Part shown: positions 13,601-24,578 of the stretch, piece after piece
How the letters are laid out: each line of letters starts with the position of its first letter
Numbering within the stretch: the first letter of the stretch is position 1
Source of the DNA: Novakomyces olei
Lineage: Eukaryota
Direction of reading: 5' to 3'
DNA: 64,000 nucleotides
Assembly: GCA_016906335.1 (NCBI GenBank)
Contig: JADEYG010000001.1
Span: 1,302,001-1,366,000, forward strand
Program-made: the position numbers and the translations under genes
Notes under the pieces: model-generated
The model's input: only the letters and a program-made list of their open reading frames with translations
Told to the model about the DNA's origin: nothing
Database searches by the model: none

Positions 13601-13626
13601 ACTTGCGCCTCCATCTCTATGGGCAA
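10612..13626 (-). CDS. RTP1: RNA polymerase II assembly/import factor Rtp1 / TANGO6-like HEAT protein, intronless
   Basis: 1004-aa helical ORF with PNGVRPLLDF, IPVRAQGLHTL, EPDSFVYMNAIKGL and RLRLGEA motifs typical of Rtp1/TANGO6. Confidence 0.85.
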   Translation of the reverse strand: MPIEMEAQVRRVYSTLLARVREGDAQSVSETAAKEALPLLQQLSNDVANGCSSTGPQNLNALRFCVATVVVTLILAAIPASERPSVSPPRLPSLLCTFVNASVPKRKFISALCTVVDLQIVSKKTADLSGAVVPFVPDTLAALLHCKLHNDQSSTALAESIAESIAEPIAEPMAESIAEPIAEPIAEPIAEPMAKESGAEPCKAATSGRYLHEQEQISYDRLPTLLATLLATLGPGICLPAITLLLASSKSAAAEFRQALLDLLTSFSMSPNGVRPLLDFLLAHNDRDSLAALDRAAKLITSPPQSIPARQYFELIAPQLVQLLVLQPTASSDTLLPRAARHTLSYLSTRFPSLAQDLLGPIVLGSLISSPGFTKDYNKTLPASDLQTLLERLAFLIQQPDPGLCRLLVCPALPALAAIAAFALSTRKPEAVWVRLPLQAIAIYLRTAASDDSAVDQLLDALTFNGTRDWQLQHDSDTAGIAIATGEKAQLPANTVLYGSNGRCVLQPDALETRTQLVQRIIAELRDPELVLQMFVQSLGVYLHKGSADRPVDSDMRQSLFHAEDPQLRAAELAADVKHTLAIHVLQCLLTELEKAQTLRSSPHLVDVTLQLLQQLLREDDMETGLELQDMAAVALNLLNAMLAQETMEKPPLIKGQRKNLSSMTKAALLQEFTDTLSRVLVFPVVTAPARKTLSLLNLLSNSNTGNTTNTSSNTSITTSTKHSSSTSTSRYEQAMQDTMDEMIPVRAQGLHTLAQMVRRGTIPPSQTLSSVLDTMLTLVAVEPDSFVYMNAIKGLEALAERHGSAVLHRLVKEYVDTGRHSLDARLRLGEAADRCIVLLGLMFTTAGSMLPPVLAKAADRTQDPRYRASCLHIAASMANRDPEQSWQCRQLAISILQLELGPQSIAANVDATNLDEETAVKIAYLPLRRAALQLLAAVPGGTGQERRQAAIAAGYVAETDSDELTRRLAYDVARLYSSPGQLDEGGKPNISPDTLSLDSLRLR
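13048..13155 (-). repeat. In-frame 12-bp coding minisatellite encoding (AE[SP][IM]) x9
   Basis: TCTGCTATAGGC-type units visible; translation AESIAESIAEPIAEPM... Confidence 0.95.
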
Positions 13627-13666
13627 TATGTCATTCTAAGAAGCGCGAGATATTGCGTCAGTTTCC

Positions 13667-13737
13667 TTTTATTCGTTTATTCATTTATTCATTTGTTCAT
13701 TCATCCATTTATTCATTTGTTCATTCATTTATCCATT
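13667..13737. repeat. Degenerate ATTCATTT repeat upstream of RTP1
   Basis: Same motif family as 9243-9365. Confidence 0.8.
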
Positions 13738-14624
13738 TTGTTCTACACTCGGTTTGGAGACTAATTTGTACGTATACATAGGGAGTATCTGTCGGCCTCT
13801 TTATTGTGCCGTCCGTCTTGACAAATCAGCAAAATGGAGCAATGGCAATCATTGGCAATCAGTGGCAATCGGACGGTCGGAAAATATTATTATGTCATTG
13901 AAAAATTATTTATCAAAAGACAGTTTAGACAGAATTTAGACAATTTAGACAGACAATTTTGACAGACAATTATTGCTGGTAAAAGGCATTTATTACTGAT
14001 ACAAAAGCATTGTCATAAATAAGGCGCGTTGGCTACGTTATACTGGCCGCGTAATTTATATATGGTGGACGGCATTGCCAAACCTTTTTGTAAGCTGGCA
14101 GTGTCCCGTCCGGGCAGTCGTGCGTTTAAATTTATCGTAAAGGAGTATGGCCGGACACATGTCTGCACATATTAAATCCGTCACGTCTTCCGGGCTCGGG
14201 TAAGTAGACTTTTGGTGGGCATTTCCCCGAGCAGCCAGCGTGACTTTGTACGGTACGCGTTGTAAACGTGAACGCCGTTTGGCAAATGCTCAAGGTGCAC
14301 ACTGGCAAGTAATACTATGTAACACTATGCCGGACTCGTACTCCACAAATCATATACAGCATTGTTGACTGCGACCAGAGGGAAAACCCTGTATGGCTGA
14401 ATGGCACACGGCATTACGGTAGACGTGCCATTGTGAAGATGGTGACGAGAGAGGATAACAAAAGGAAAACGACAAGAGGATAACAAGAAAGCCGCACATT
14501 CCTGGGTTCGCGTAATATCCATGGAAGGCCACGGATACCTTCTCGCCGTTCATTGGCCAACGCGGTGAGTTTACTTGTGCGCCCACCGATTACAGCACGA
14601 AGCTTTGTCAGGGTTTTCCGGACT

Positions 14625-15045
14625 CTGGGGTTTGGGGTTAGGGCTGGTGCCCCGCATTTGAGGTCCGGCGAAAACCGTACCGGATTGGGCGAAGCGCCGC
14701 GCACAGCCAATACAATGGTCTTTATTACAAAGGTGAGAATGGCGGTAACAAGGTAGCCTATAAATAAATTGGCATTGCTAACAGCCGAGAAGAATTCCGA
14801 CCAACGAGTTTAAATTAGCATTGACTAATCGACAGGGCTCCCAATGCAATGACCCTGTGGGTTACCGAGCGCGTACGGGTCCGACACGCAAAAAGTAGTC
14901 GAGTGAGCTACAGTAATATCTTGGCCCGGCACGCAACTCTAATGTCTTTATCCCTATAAGCAATAGAATAGAATAGGCTTTTAATATACTGTATATTCCC
15001 AAAACTTTACGGCCGGTATTATCCCCACGCCCCACGAATCTCCGC
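14625..15045. promoter_or_regulatory. Cluster of SYGGRG (Mig1/CreA/Scr1-type) catabolite repression sites upstream of ACS
   Basis: CTGGGG at 14625, CCCCGC at 14650, CCCCAC at 15023 and 15030, CTCCGC at 15040, followed by a TATA-like TATTTATATATA near 15072. Confidence 0.45.
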
Positions 15046-15777
15046 TTCTCCGTATAGAGCGAGATTTATATTATTTATATATATTCAAGCGCTCTGTTTC
15101 CAGGAAAGTTAGAGATAGTACAAGCGGCTCGATCGACCCCACACAGTCTGAGCCCATAGGTTTGACGCTTCAGCACCTGTCCACCAGCTGCTCCGCACCC
15201 CACTCCTCTACGGTTCACAAGAGCCAGCATTGCCTCTACAATTGACCACCAATTGCTGGTCTGCAAAGCTGCTTGAGCACTGGCAACTACGAGCAGGGCA
15301 ACACCGCTTGTTACCAGTGGCAGTTTAGCCTGCAAATACCAGTGGCCTATTATCGTCTCGAGGAGCACGTTTTTCCTGGTTTTCTTTTCTATTATTTTTT
15401 TTTTGAACACTGATTTATTGATCTTTCCTTAAATCAGCACTATTCATTGAAATCCCTTTATTTACTCCTCCTTTATATTTTTCAATATAAATAATCTGAT
15501 TCGCTCTCACGCGGAAAACCTGTCAGAATACAAGAAAATTGGTCCACTAGCCAAGTTTTTCCGCCAATCTACTAGCGAATCGAAACTAAAAGACTAGAGA
15601 TCAAGCGGCTTCTACCACAGTTTTGTAGGTTTACAGCAACAGCCTTTCACCAAGCTCTTGTTGCCCTCTTTGCTGTGCTGGCAAGGTCTATTCTACTCTC
15701 CTCTATACTACTCTCCTCCAACTCTCGCTACAAAAGTTACCCATCCTACTATCCCCTGCTCAGGCATCTCTGATTCG

Positions 15778-17829
15778 ATGGCGGGAAAAGGCGAGACAAG
15801 CGCCAATGGAACGAATGGCGCAGATGCGACTTCGGGATTCGTTGTCCATGAGGCACACAATTCGCCGGTCCATGAGCCCCCGAAACGCCTTTTTTCAGGT
15901 GGAAATATTCCCAAACCCTACATTTCCTCGGTAGACGAGTACCGCCGAATGTACCGCGAGTCTATCGATGATCCAGACTCCTTTTGGGGCAAGCAGGCTC
16001 GTGAGCTGCTCACGTGGCACCGTCCCTTCTCCTCTGTACGGCAGGGCTCTCTGCTGAACGGCGATGTTGCCTGGTTTGCGGATGGCGAATTGAACGCGTG
16101 CTACAATATGGTAGACCGCCACGCTCTAAAGAACCCGGACAAGTTGGCCATCATCTTTGAGGGCGACCAGCCTGACACGCACCGCTACATTACTTATGGC
16201 GAGCTGCTGCGTGACGTCTGCCGTCTGGCCAATGTGCTCAAGGACCGTGGAGTCAAGAAGGGCGATACTATTGCAATCTATATGCCTATGATCCCCGAGA
16301 CGGTTGTCGCGTTTTTGGCTGCTTCGCGTATTGGAGCAGTGCACTCTGTGGTCTTTGCCGGTTTCAGTGCCGAATCTCTACGCGACCGTATCAATGACGC
16401 CAATACAAAAGTAGTGCTGACTGCGGATGAAGGCTGCCGTGGCGGTAAAACGATTGCTACCAAAAAAATCGTGGATGACGCACTTAAGCAGACTCCGCAG
16501 GTGCACACTGTCGTCGTCTACCGTCGCACTGGCAGCAAGGACGTTAATATTGTGCCTGGCCGAGACATTTGGTGGCAGGAAGAGCTGGCAAAGTACCCAG
16601 CTTATTGCCCATATGTCCCAGCAAACGCAGAAGATCCACTGTTTCTGCTCTACACTTCGGGATCGACGGGCAAGCCAAAGGGTGTAATGCACACTACTGG
16701 GGGTTACCTCGTTGGTGCTGCTGCCACGACAAAGTACGTGTTTGACGTTCATCCGGAGGACAGAATGGGATGTGCTGGTGATGTGGGATGGATCACTGGT
16801 CACACGTACATTGTGTATGGGCCTCTGCTGCTCGGAGCGTCTACACTCGTGTTTGAGGGAACGCCAATGTACCCTGACCCTTCACGGTACTGGGACATTG
16901 TAGAGAAGCACCGTATTACGCAATGGTACGTGGCCCCTACTGCTATTCGTCTGCTCAAGCGCTGTGGTGATCAGCACGTAAAGCACGATCGCTCTTCCCT
17001 CCGCATTCTCGGCTCAGTGGGCGAGCCAATCGCTCCGGAATCCTTCCGATGGTACTATGACGTAGTGGGCAGTGGCCACTGTGCGGTAGTGGACACTTAC
17101 TGGCAGACGGAGACTGGGTCTCACGTACTCACGCCCCTGCCTGCCGCTATTCCTACAAAGCCAGGCTCAGCTACACTGCCTTTCTTTGGCATTGAGCCGG
17201 CTATTATCGACCCGGTATCGGGCAAGGAGATTGTGGGCAACGATGTGGAGGGTGTCCTCGCCATAAAACAGCCTTGGCCCTCAATGGCACGCTCCGTATG
17301 GCGAGCCCATGATCGCTACATGGACACGTACCTTAAACCCTACCCGGGCTACTACTTTACCGGCGACGGTGCTGGTCGGGACCACGAGGGTTACTATTGG
17401 ATCCGTGGACGTGTTGACGACGTTGTCAATGTATCTGGCCACCGTTTAAGCACGGCAGAAATTGAGGCTGCCCTTGTACAGTACCCGGGAGTCGCAGAGG
17501 CTGCTGTTGTAGGCGTGTCTGACGAAGTCTCTGGACAGGCAGTAAACGCTTTTGTACTACTCAAGCCGGGAATTGAGACGAGCAAGGAGCTGCGGAACGA
17601 ACTGGTCTTGCAGGTTCGCAAGAGTATCGGGCCTTTTGCTGCACCAAAGCAAGTCTTCTTTTCCGATTTGCCAAAGACTCGCTCTGGCAAGATTATGCGC
17701 CGTGTTTTGCGAAAAATTCTGGCCGGTGAGGAGAAGCAGTTGGGCGATGTATCCACCCTCGCTGATCCTTCTGTCGTCGAGGATATTATTCATACTGTGC
17801 ACGCTGCGCGGGAGGCACTCAAGCATTAG
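15778..17829 (+). CDS. ACS1: Acetyl-CoA synthetase (AMP-forming), intronless
   Basis: [47 protein letters not shown]. First ATG is at 15778 (the ORF track starts at TTG 15658). ACS1 versus ACS2 orthology is not resolved. Confidence 0.96.
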   Translation: MAGKGETSANGTNGADATSGFVVHEAHNSPVHEPPKRLFSGGNIPKPYISSVDEYRRMYRESIDDPDSFWGKQARELLTWHRPFSSVRQGSLLNGDVAWFADGELNACYNMVDRHALKNPDKLAIIFEGDQPDTHRYITYGELLRDVCRLANVLKDRGVKKGDTIAIYMPMIPETVVAFLAASRIGAVHSVVFAGFSAESLRDRINDANTKVVLTADEGCRGGKTIATKKIVDDALKQTPQVHTVVVYRRTGSKDVNIVPGRDIWWQEELAKYPAYCPYVPANAEDPLFLLYTSGSTGKPKGVMHTTGGYLVGAAATTKYVFDVHPEDRMGCAGDVGWITGHTYIVYGPLLLGASTLVFEGTPMYPDPSRYWDIVEKHRITQWYVAPTAIRLLKRCGDQHVKHDRSSLRILGSVGEPIAPESFRWYYDVVGSGHCAVVDTYWQTETGSHVLTPLPAAIPTKPGSATLPFFGIEPAIIDPVSGKEIVGNDVEGVLAIKQPWPSMARSVWRAHDRYMDTYLKPYPGYYFTGDGAGRDHEGYYWIRGRVDDVVNVSGHRLSTAEIEAALVQYPGVAEAAVVGVSDEVSGQAVNAFVLLKPGIETSKELRNELVLQVRKSIGPFAAPKQVFFSDLPKTRSGKIMRRVLRKILAGEEKQLGDVSTLADPSVVEDIIHTVHAAREALKH

Positions 17830-18058
17830 GCTTTCCATTTACCTGTAGCGACTTGTCGCCTCTCTTTCCATAGCCTCCTCCTCTTTTTTTTTGCACCATT
17901 CTTGTGCGTGTATGTCTAAATGTTTCAAAGCTTGATCTGTGCACCCTTCTATGTGTAGTGTAGTCGGATTTGTAGCTGTTTGCTGTATTGGTGAACGAGG
18001 TTTTGTACAATAATGGTTTTGTATTTGGACTGCTTCACTTCAAATTTACCTAATAATT

Positions 18059-18197
18059 AGTGTATTTGTATATTTGTATATTTGTATATTTGTATATTTG
18101 TATATTTGTATATTCTGCAAAACTTTTAATGGCAGCTGTATTTATATTTAGCAATTCACTATATTTCCTATTTCCTATTTTCTATTTCCTATTTTCT
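18059..18197. repeat. (TTTGTATA)n and (TATTTCC)n short tandem repeats
   Basis: Directly visible. Confidence 0.85.
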
Positions 18198-18332
18198 TAT
18201 TCGACAGTCTAATTCGATATGGGAATTACCGTCGACAGTTGGGAAGGAGTCGCGAATCATTAAAATTAAACATTTCCTTTCTCTCTCGATATAAAGGCAC
18301 TTCAATCGAGGTCGCGAAAATGGAGCAGACCA

Positions 18333-19754
18333 ATGTCGGCGCCTGTGCAAGGCGAATTGCCTTGCGTCGGTCAGGAAAACCCTGGCGAGTCCTCTGTGGA
18401 GTCCTCTGTGGAGGGCGTCGCTGATAGCAGTGTGACTATCAAAGATAGCGGAAACCAGGCGACGAGCAGTAGTACCTTTACACCCGCCAATGCTGGCAGC
18501 AGCATTAACAATGAGGAAGAGCCATTGGAAATCCGGCCTTTACCAGGCGCAGCAGCTACTATCGCTGCCGCTAATGGACTCGTTACTTTGCCAGGCAATA
18601 CGAGCAATACAGTAGCAGGCGCTTTGGGACGCAGTGGCAAAAGACGATACATTCACCGCTCAACTCTCATTACGGCCGCGGTGGAAAAACCCTGGCTAAC
18701 GGACAGGAAACTAAGAGCGCGATCCCGGCTGGCCAGTTGTCTAATGTGGCTCGGCTTTCTCCTCGGCGCCGGCGTTATCGGCATCTTGATATGGCGAACG
18801 TTCGCTACTACCCCACGTTTCCGGTACACTCAAGTAATAGCGATCGACAGATTCGATGGAATTGATCGCGAAACGTGGCACGTCGAGACAAACACGGACG
18901 GATTCGGCAATGGCGTTTTTGATTGGACGTCAGACGCGCCGCGTAATTCGTACACTAAAGATGGGCGACTGTACATCGTCCCCACAATTGAGCCCGATTT
19001 ACCCGCCGGCGATGATGGCAGAGGCCGCGTGCGATCAGCGCGGCTAATAACGCGTCAGTCTATCTGCTTTGGGCGAATCGAAGTACGCGCCAAAATGCCT
19101 AGAGGTGATTGGCTGTGGCCGGCTATATGGATGATGCCAGTCAATGAGACGTATGGGAAATGGCCGGCAAGTGGGGAAATTGATATTGCAGAAACTGTGG
19201 GGAACAATCACACGTACCTCGGTAAAAAAGCCGGTCGTAATCGCATAACAAGCACACTGCACTGGGGCACTCGGCCCTGGAACGATCGTGCGTCGCTCAC
19301 AACAGCCTCACTGCATGGAGCCTTCCGTGATTTCTCCCAGGGTTTTCATACGTTTGGTTTAGAGTGGACACCGGATTACTTGTATACTTATGTGGACAAT
19401 CGGCTGCTGCAGATCTTTTATACCCCGTTCCGCACCCGTTTCTGGAGCCGCGGCCGGTTTGCGGATGCTCCGGGCGCAGCTGGTGAGCACAATCCTTGGG
19501 CGGCGACAGGTCGTGCCTCAACCCCGTTTGATCATGCCTTTGCCCTGATACTAAACGTTGATGTGGGCGGTACAAACGGATGGTTCCCTGATGGGATCGG
19601 TAATAAGCCCTGGATCAACAGTTCTCCGACAGCTGCACATGATTTCTGGGAAGCACGTGATGTGTGGAGCAAGACATGGCCTGCTGATGATTACGACAGG
19701 GGAATGGTGGTTGAGTCTGTGCGAATGTACCAGCTGGATATGGAGCGCAGGTGA
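18333..19754 (+). CDS. Type II membrane glycoside hydrolase family 16 (beta-1,3-glucanase / beta-glucan-binding type)
   Basis: TM segment LMWLGFLLGAGVIGILIW; GDWLWPAIWMMP; catalytic WPASGEIDIAE; FHTFGLEW; GGTNGWFPDG. Confidence 0.93.
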   Translation: MSAPVQGELPCVGQENPGESSVESSVEGVADSSVTIKDSGNQATSSSTFTPANAGSSINNEEEPLEIRPLPGAAATIAAANGLVTLPGNTSNTVAGALGRSGKRRYIHRSTLITAAVEKPWLTDRKLRARSRLASCLMWLGFLLGAGVIGILIWRTFATTPRFRYTQVIAIDRFDGIDRETWHVETNTDGFGNGVFDWTSDAPRNSYTKDGRLYIVPTIEPDLPAGDDGRGRVRSARLITRQSICFGRIEVRAKMPRGDWLWPAIWMMPVNETYGKWPASGEIDIAETVGNNHTYLGKKAGRNRITSTLHWGTRPWNDRASLTTASLHGAFRDFSQGFHTFGLEWTPDYLYTYVDNRLLQIFYTPFRTRFWSRGRFADAPGAAGEHNPWAATGRASTPFDHAFALILNVDVGGTNGWFPDGIGNKPWINSSPTAAHDFWEARDVWSKTWPADDYDRGMVVESVRMYQLDMERR

Positions 19755-20597
19755 AGGGCAGGCATTTGACAAGACACATTTAAGGGAACTATGGCACTAC
19801 ACGCCTGGCGAATGGATACAGTTGATGTACAAATGACGCTAAATTCTTCTACTACATTGTGTTGCAGTCGTATTATTTCCATTAACCCGGTTTCCATAAA
19901 GACATAATATAGAGCCTAGAGCCCTGTTCAGCGACAGGCAGGGCCTAACGCAGAGTAGCATGTAAATGGTAGTCTGCGCTTTACAATACGAGCAGAGAAG
20001 ACTCTGTACTGGCGGATATTCCGCGTCAAGTTTGCTTTAAGCTTAGCCATAACTGGTCGCCGTTTGGCTCAGAGGTCTCGGGACCTGCCAGCCGGTACTA
20101 CGGCAGACAATACTGAGCATGATACAAGTAATCGAGCGCTCCTGAGAAAACTGTACCTGTCAAAACCATGGTTTTACACAAATACCACACCTGCAAAGCG
20201 GTTTAAGGTAGATCACAGACATGGGCAATGTCTTTTCCCACCAAATTTCATCAGTAAGTTTGCATAGCCAAGCGTAAACGGAAACATATTACTGCCGTTT
20301 TCCACGCAATGTTCTACGAAATTTACGAGACCCTTCCCACGCGTACGATATGTAACAAAATTGGCAGACCCTTTTTTACAAGCACACGCCGTACTCGGCA
20401 ATAGTGCATTGCAGTAGCAAACTGTCGTGTGTTTTAGTATTGGCTGTATGGGTTTGGGACTATATTGCTAAAGTGTAGTTTTCTTGTTTATTGAATCTAC
20501 TCTATTTTATCTTTTTTGTTCCTATACAGTTGTTTATCCTCTTGATTTGTCGACTTGCCATTTAATGTAGAGGCAAATGATTTACGCAACTTTTGTC

Positions 20598-20872
20598 CCT
20601 GTCTCTAAGGCTCTGTCACTAAGGCTCTGCCATTTATACATTCTGTCATTCATAGGCTCTGTCATTAATGCTCTATCATTTATACACTCTATCATTTATA
20701 CACTCTATCATTTATACACTCTATCATTTATACACTCTATCATTTATACACTCTATCATTTATACACTCTATCATTAATGCTCTGCCATTTATAGTTTTT
20801 GTTATTCATAGACTCTGTTAGTAATAAGCTCTGTCATTAATAGACTCTGTTATTAAGGCTCTGTCATTTATA
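20598..20872. repeat. Minisatellite: CTCTATCATTTATACA x6 (from 20671) flanked by degenerate GCTCTGTCATT units
   Basis: Directly visible. Confidence 0.93.
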
Positions 20873-21246
20873 GCTAAAGGGCAAATAATAAATATATTAT
20901 TAATTCGCCTACACCCTGTGTCGCTCCTTAATATACATATCAGGAGACGTGGGAGGACGTGCGCTTGCGACGGCGCACAAGTCTATTTACTTTTATGTAC
21001 ATAATATTGTACGTACAGGCACTGTACTATGTATTTATTTGTACACCAAATCTTCGGTACCTTACTAAGCCTCGGCTAAATGCCAAGAGCACGAGAGTCT
21101 TCGCACTCGTTAGTGGACTCGCACATTCGCTGTATGGATATTGGAGCAGTCGCGCTCAACTCGCCATCTCCACTTTTGCCGACGTGCCATTGCCGCCTTC
21201 TTTATTCGACTGTCGGGGTTTTTTCACGCGTCTACCGCTAATCACA

Positions 21247-21322
21247 GTTTTGTTTTGCAATTTTTGTTTTGCAATTTTTGTTTTGCAAGTTCGGTTTGCA
21301 ATTTTGTTTTGCAATTTTGTTT
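21247..21322. repeat. Degenerate TTTTGTTTTGCAA repeat
   Basis: Directly visible. Confidence 0.8.
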
Positions 21323-21551
21323 CGCAACCAGCGTCGCAGCCGACTTTGTCAAAGTCTCGTCTAAGCTTTAGCTCGAATCGGGCATACTGATACGTGCCGC
21401 GTCATCGCGAACGGTGTGGCGTTTTCAGGTCCGATTTTACTGATTGTCCGTGGCTCTCTGATTGTCTGCCGACCGTTGGGTCTGACTGCTGACTTGTCAG
21501 AGCGCCGTCTGTTTGCCAGTCTCTGCCAGATTTCAGAGTAAACTGTTCTAG

Positions 21552-21790
21552 CAAGTTGCTCGTTACTCTCAAGTTGCTTTCAAGTTGCTCTGAAGATACT
21601 TTCAAGTTGCTTTCAAGTTACTTCAAGTTACTTCAAGTACTCTCAAGTTACTCCAAGGTACTCTCAAGTTACTTCAAGTTGCTTTCAAGTTACTTCAAGT
21701 TGCTTTGAAGGTACTTTCAGGTTGCTCTGAAGGTACTCTCAAGTTACTCTCAAGCTCAAGTTCTCTAAAGTTACTCTGCAAGTTACTCTT
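21552..21790. repeat. Degenerate TCAAGTTAC/TCAAGTTGC 9-10-bp repeat array just upstream of the ADAM ATG
   Basis: Directly visible. Confidence 0.9.
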
Positions 21791-21854
21791 GCACATTCTG
21801 CACAGGCCGACTTGACCTGCCGAGGCCGTCGGAGCGAGGCAGCAGCGTAACTGA

Positions 21855-24578
21855 ATGGCTGTACTGCCGCCTCGGCACAGTACGGCAGTCGTACTGCTGC
21901 TCTTTGTGCTTGCGCAGTTGGCGGCGGCAGTTTCGTTCGCGCCATTACCCGACGACCGTCCGGCACAGGTGTTTAAGATTGCACGGCCGCGGATTCAGGA
22001 TACGGTGCCCTACACTGGCAGCCATGTAGCGCGGTCCTCACGGTTTAGCTTGGCGTTTGCCCTGCAGCCAGAGTCTGACTCGGCAATGGCTGCGCTTGAT
22101 ATAAGGATGGATCTCGCTCCAGTAGCAGATTTTTACCACCCTGATTTCACGGTGGAGTACGTAGACAGTGCGGGTGACGTTGTTGGCACAGTTGCGCCTT
22201 TAGGCGCAGTCGGTAGAGACGACGAGTTTGTCTGGGCAGACGCGCCTACTCGATCTCCTCTCAACCAAATGCCACGGAGGCCGTTGGTTCTGGAGGGCGA
22301 CACTCACGCTTTTGCCCGCAGCAAGACTGGACTTGTAGGAGCCTCTGCTGGTGGCTCTGGTGCCGTTGGTTGGGCTCGTATTACGCTTCTGCGAGATGGC
22401 GATGAGCCTCTGTTTGAAGGCGCTTTTACGGTTCTCGGAAGGACCTTTCATGTCCTGTTGAATGTACACTACAATCCGGGAACGAGTGGCCAGCCGCTGC
22501 AGCTTGTTGCCTACACTCACGACCATATACTGCTGCCCGGCACAGCTTCCTATAGTCCTTATAATCTTTACAATTTCTATAATCCTTTTAGTCTCTCTGG
22601 GCCGGCGGCTTACTGGCAGCACCTGTGGGCAAGAGCGGTGGCACTTTTGTCGCCCTACATTGATCCGCTGCTGCTGCCTCTGACGGGCCACCGGCTCTAC
22701 CATTCGTCTTCTATTCTAACGCCTCCTCCGCCTTTGCCCCAGCCGGCTACTCCGCTGGCGGATATGGCACACTCCCTTGTCCGCCGGCAGCAAGGCAGCA
22801 GTGGCGGTACTACTACAGACTCCTTACGCTCAACGATCGGCCAGACGAGCGGCTGTTTTACCAGCAAGCACGTGGCCTACGTGTCTGCGTTTACGGATTG
22901 CAATGTTTACGAGCGGTTTAATAGCGACAACAGCAGTATGTGGACACGTGTGATTGCTGATTTTAATGCAGCCAACAGTGTCTACGAGAGGCAGTTTAAT
23001 ATAACCCTGGGCCTGCACAGTATTAGACTGCTCTCTGAATCCTGTGCGCCTACTCGAGACGAGGCACGGCTAAAGTTCAACTATGCCTGCAATAACTCTG
23101 CCGGCTCTTCCTCTTCCTCTGCCTCTGATCCAGTATCGCAAAGGCTCTCTGACTTTTCAGAGTGGCCGGGCAAGAACTCTTCCTCTGTTGCCATAGCCTC
23201 CCTCTTCACCTCCTGCTCTTCCTCTTCTGTCCTCGGCATCTCGTGGATCGGCCAGGTCTGCCAGGGCTCTGACGGTCAGCCTTCCTCAGCTTCAGCTTCA
23301 GGTTCAGCTTCAGCTTCAGGCACAGCCAGCTCAACTGCGGGCGTCAGTACGGCAACGAGGACTGGCTCCCAGTCCTCTGACGGCAGTGCCAGTGGCTCAG
23401 CGGCGAATGCAGTCGTAGTCTCAATGAACGACAGAACTTGGGTCACTTTGGCCCACGAAGTCGGCCACAGCTTTGGCCTCTACCACGACTGTGACGAGTC
23501 TACCTGCTCCTCCTCCTCCACTACTACCTGCTGCCCACTGTCGAGCGATACCTGCTCAGCGTCTAATCAGTATATAATGTCGGCCACTCAGTCACAGAAC
23601 GCTTCCCGCTTCAGTGCCTGCAGTATCGGTGAGGTGTGCAGTAATATCCGGTCTAGAGCCATTGACGTGAGCTGTCTTGTGAGCAAAGAGCACGCAACCA
23701 ATATAATCTCTGGCAATTACTGTGGCAACGGGATAGTGGATCCCGGAGAGGACTGTGACTGTGGGGGCACTGAGGGCTGTGCTGGCAATACCTGCTGTGA
23801 TCCTCAGACCTGCCGGTTCAGGTCCGGAGCAGTTTGCGATGACTGGAACGATTCGTGCTGCTCTTCGTGTCAGTTTAGGCCAGCAGGGTCAGTTTGCCGA
23901 GCGGCTAATGGGCCGTGTGATATAGAGGAGGTGTGCAGTGGCTCTAATGCCTCCTGCCCGGAGGATGTTCATGTCCCTAATGGACAAGGGTGTGGCAACG
24001 GCCTTTGGTGTGCCTCGGGACAGTGTACTTCTGGCGATTTGCAGTGCCGGACGCTTGTAAGCAGCAGGTACTCGCAGTACGGTACCAGCTCTGGCCTTTG
24101 CCCAGGCTCTGGCGATGCCAGTTGTATGGCCATTTGCAGTATCAGCCCGACCCAGTGCCTTAATACAGAGACAAGGCTCATTAACGGCACCCGCTGTGGG
24201 TACTCTGGCCAGTGCGTCCAGGGCCAATGCCTGGGCCAGTCCTCGTGGATCGATCGGAATAAGACTGTCGTCATTGTTGTCGCCTCTGTCGTTGGCGGAC
24301 TGCTTGTTTTGGCTGTTGCCGTGTCTGTTGTACGGTGCTGCATTAATGCCCACTGCCGACCGAGCTCGAGAAAGAGTCCGGGCGCTATGAATACCCCTAA
24401 TAATAACGGCAATCAACACTACAACTATGCAATGTCTCAGATCGGGCCGAGACCGCCTCCGTTGTACTATGGAGGAGGAGCGTACACGGACCAGAGATGG
24501 GCTGGAGGAGGAGGAGGGCCTCAGCAACAACAGTTTAATGGCGGACCGCCGCCACAGTTCAGGCCGAGAGATCATTAA
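21855..24578 (+). CDS. ADAM-family metalloprotease-disintegrin (Mde10/ADM-B-like), intronless
   Basis: Signal peptide; prodomain ending LVRR; zinc motif HEVGHSFGLYHD; Met-turn YIMS; disintegrin CGNGIVDPGEDCDCG; Cys-rich domain; TM; Pro/Gly-rich tail. Confidence 0.95.
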   Translation: MAVLPPRHSTAVVLLLFVLAQLAAAVSFAPLPDDRPAQVFKIARPRIQDTVPYTGSHVARSSRFSLAFALQPESDSAMAALDIRMDLAPVADFYHPDFTVEYVDSAGDVVGTVAPLGAVGRDDEFVWADAPTRSPLNQMPRRPLVLEGDTHAFARSKTGLVGASAGGSGAVGWARITLLRDGDEPLFEGAFTVLGRTFHVLLNVHYNPGTSGQPLQLVAYTHDHILLPGTASYSPYNLYNFYNPFSLSGPAAYWQHLWARAVALLSPYIDPLLLPLTGHRLYHSSSILTPPPPLPQPATPLADMAHSLVRRQQGSSGGTTTDSLRSTIGQTSGCFTSKHVAYVSAFTDCNVYERFNSDNSSMWTRVIADFNAANSVYERQFNITLGLHSIRLLSESCAPTRDEARLKFNYACNNSAGSSSSSASDPVSQRLSDFSEWPGKNSSSVAIASLFTSCSSSSVLGISWIGQVCQGSDGQPSSASASGSASASGTASSTAGVSTATRTGSQSSDGSASGSAANAVVVSMNDRTWVTLAHEVGHSFGLYHDCDESTCSSSSTTTCCPLSSDTCSASNQYIMSATQSQNASRFSACSIGEVCSNIRSRAIDVSCLVSKEHATNIISGNYCGNGIVDPGEDCDCGGTEGCAGNTCCDPQTCRFRSGAVCDDWNDSCCSSCQFRPAGSVCRAANGPCDIEEVCSGSNASCPEDVHVPNGQGCGNGLWCASGQCTSGDLQCRTLVSSRYSQYGTSSGLCPGSGDASCMAICSISPTQCLNTETRLINGTRCGYSGQCVQGQCLGQSSWIDRNKTVVIVVASVVGGLLVLAVAVSVVRCCINAHCRPSSRKSPGAMNTPNNNGNQHYNYAMSQIGPRPPPLYYGGGAYTDQRWAGGGGGPQQQQFNGGPPPQFRPRDH

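Noticed and set aside
17827..17935. Stop-codon readthrough adding a PTS1 to ACS
   Set aside because: The stop context TAG-GCT is not the leaky TGA-CTA type, and the extension ends in FKA, not a PTS1.
20959..21390. 143-aa hydrophobic ORF upstream of ADAM
   Set aside because: Hydrophobicity comes from T-rich repeats; non-ATG start in the track; no family motif.
20598..21790. Repeat arrays as CRISPR-like or mobile elements
   Set aside because: Head-to-tail units without unique spacers, TIRs, LTRs or transposase/RT ORFs; eukaryotic context.
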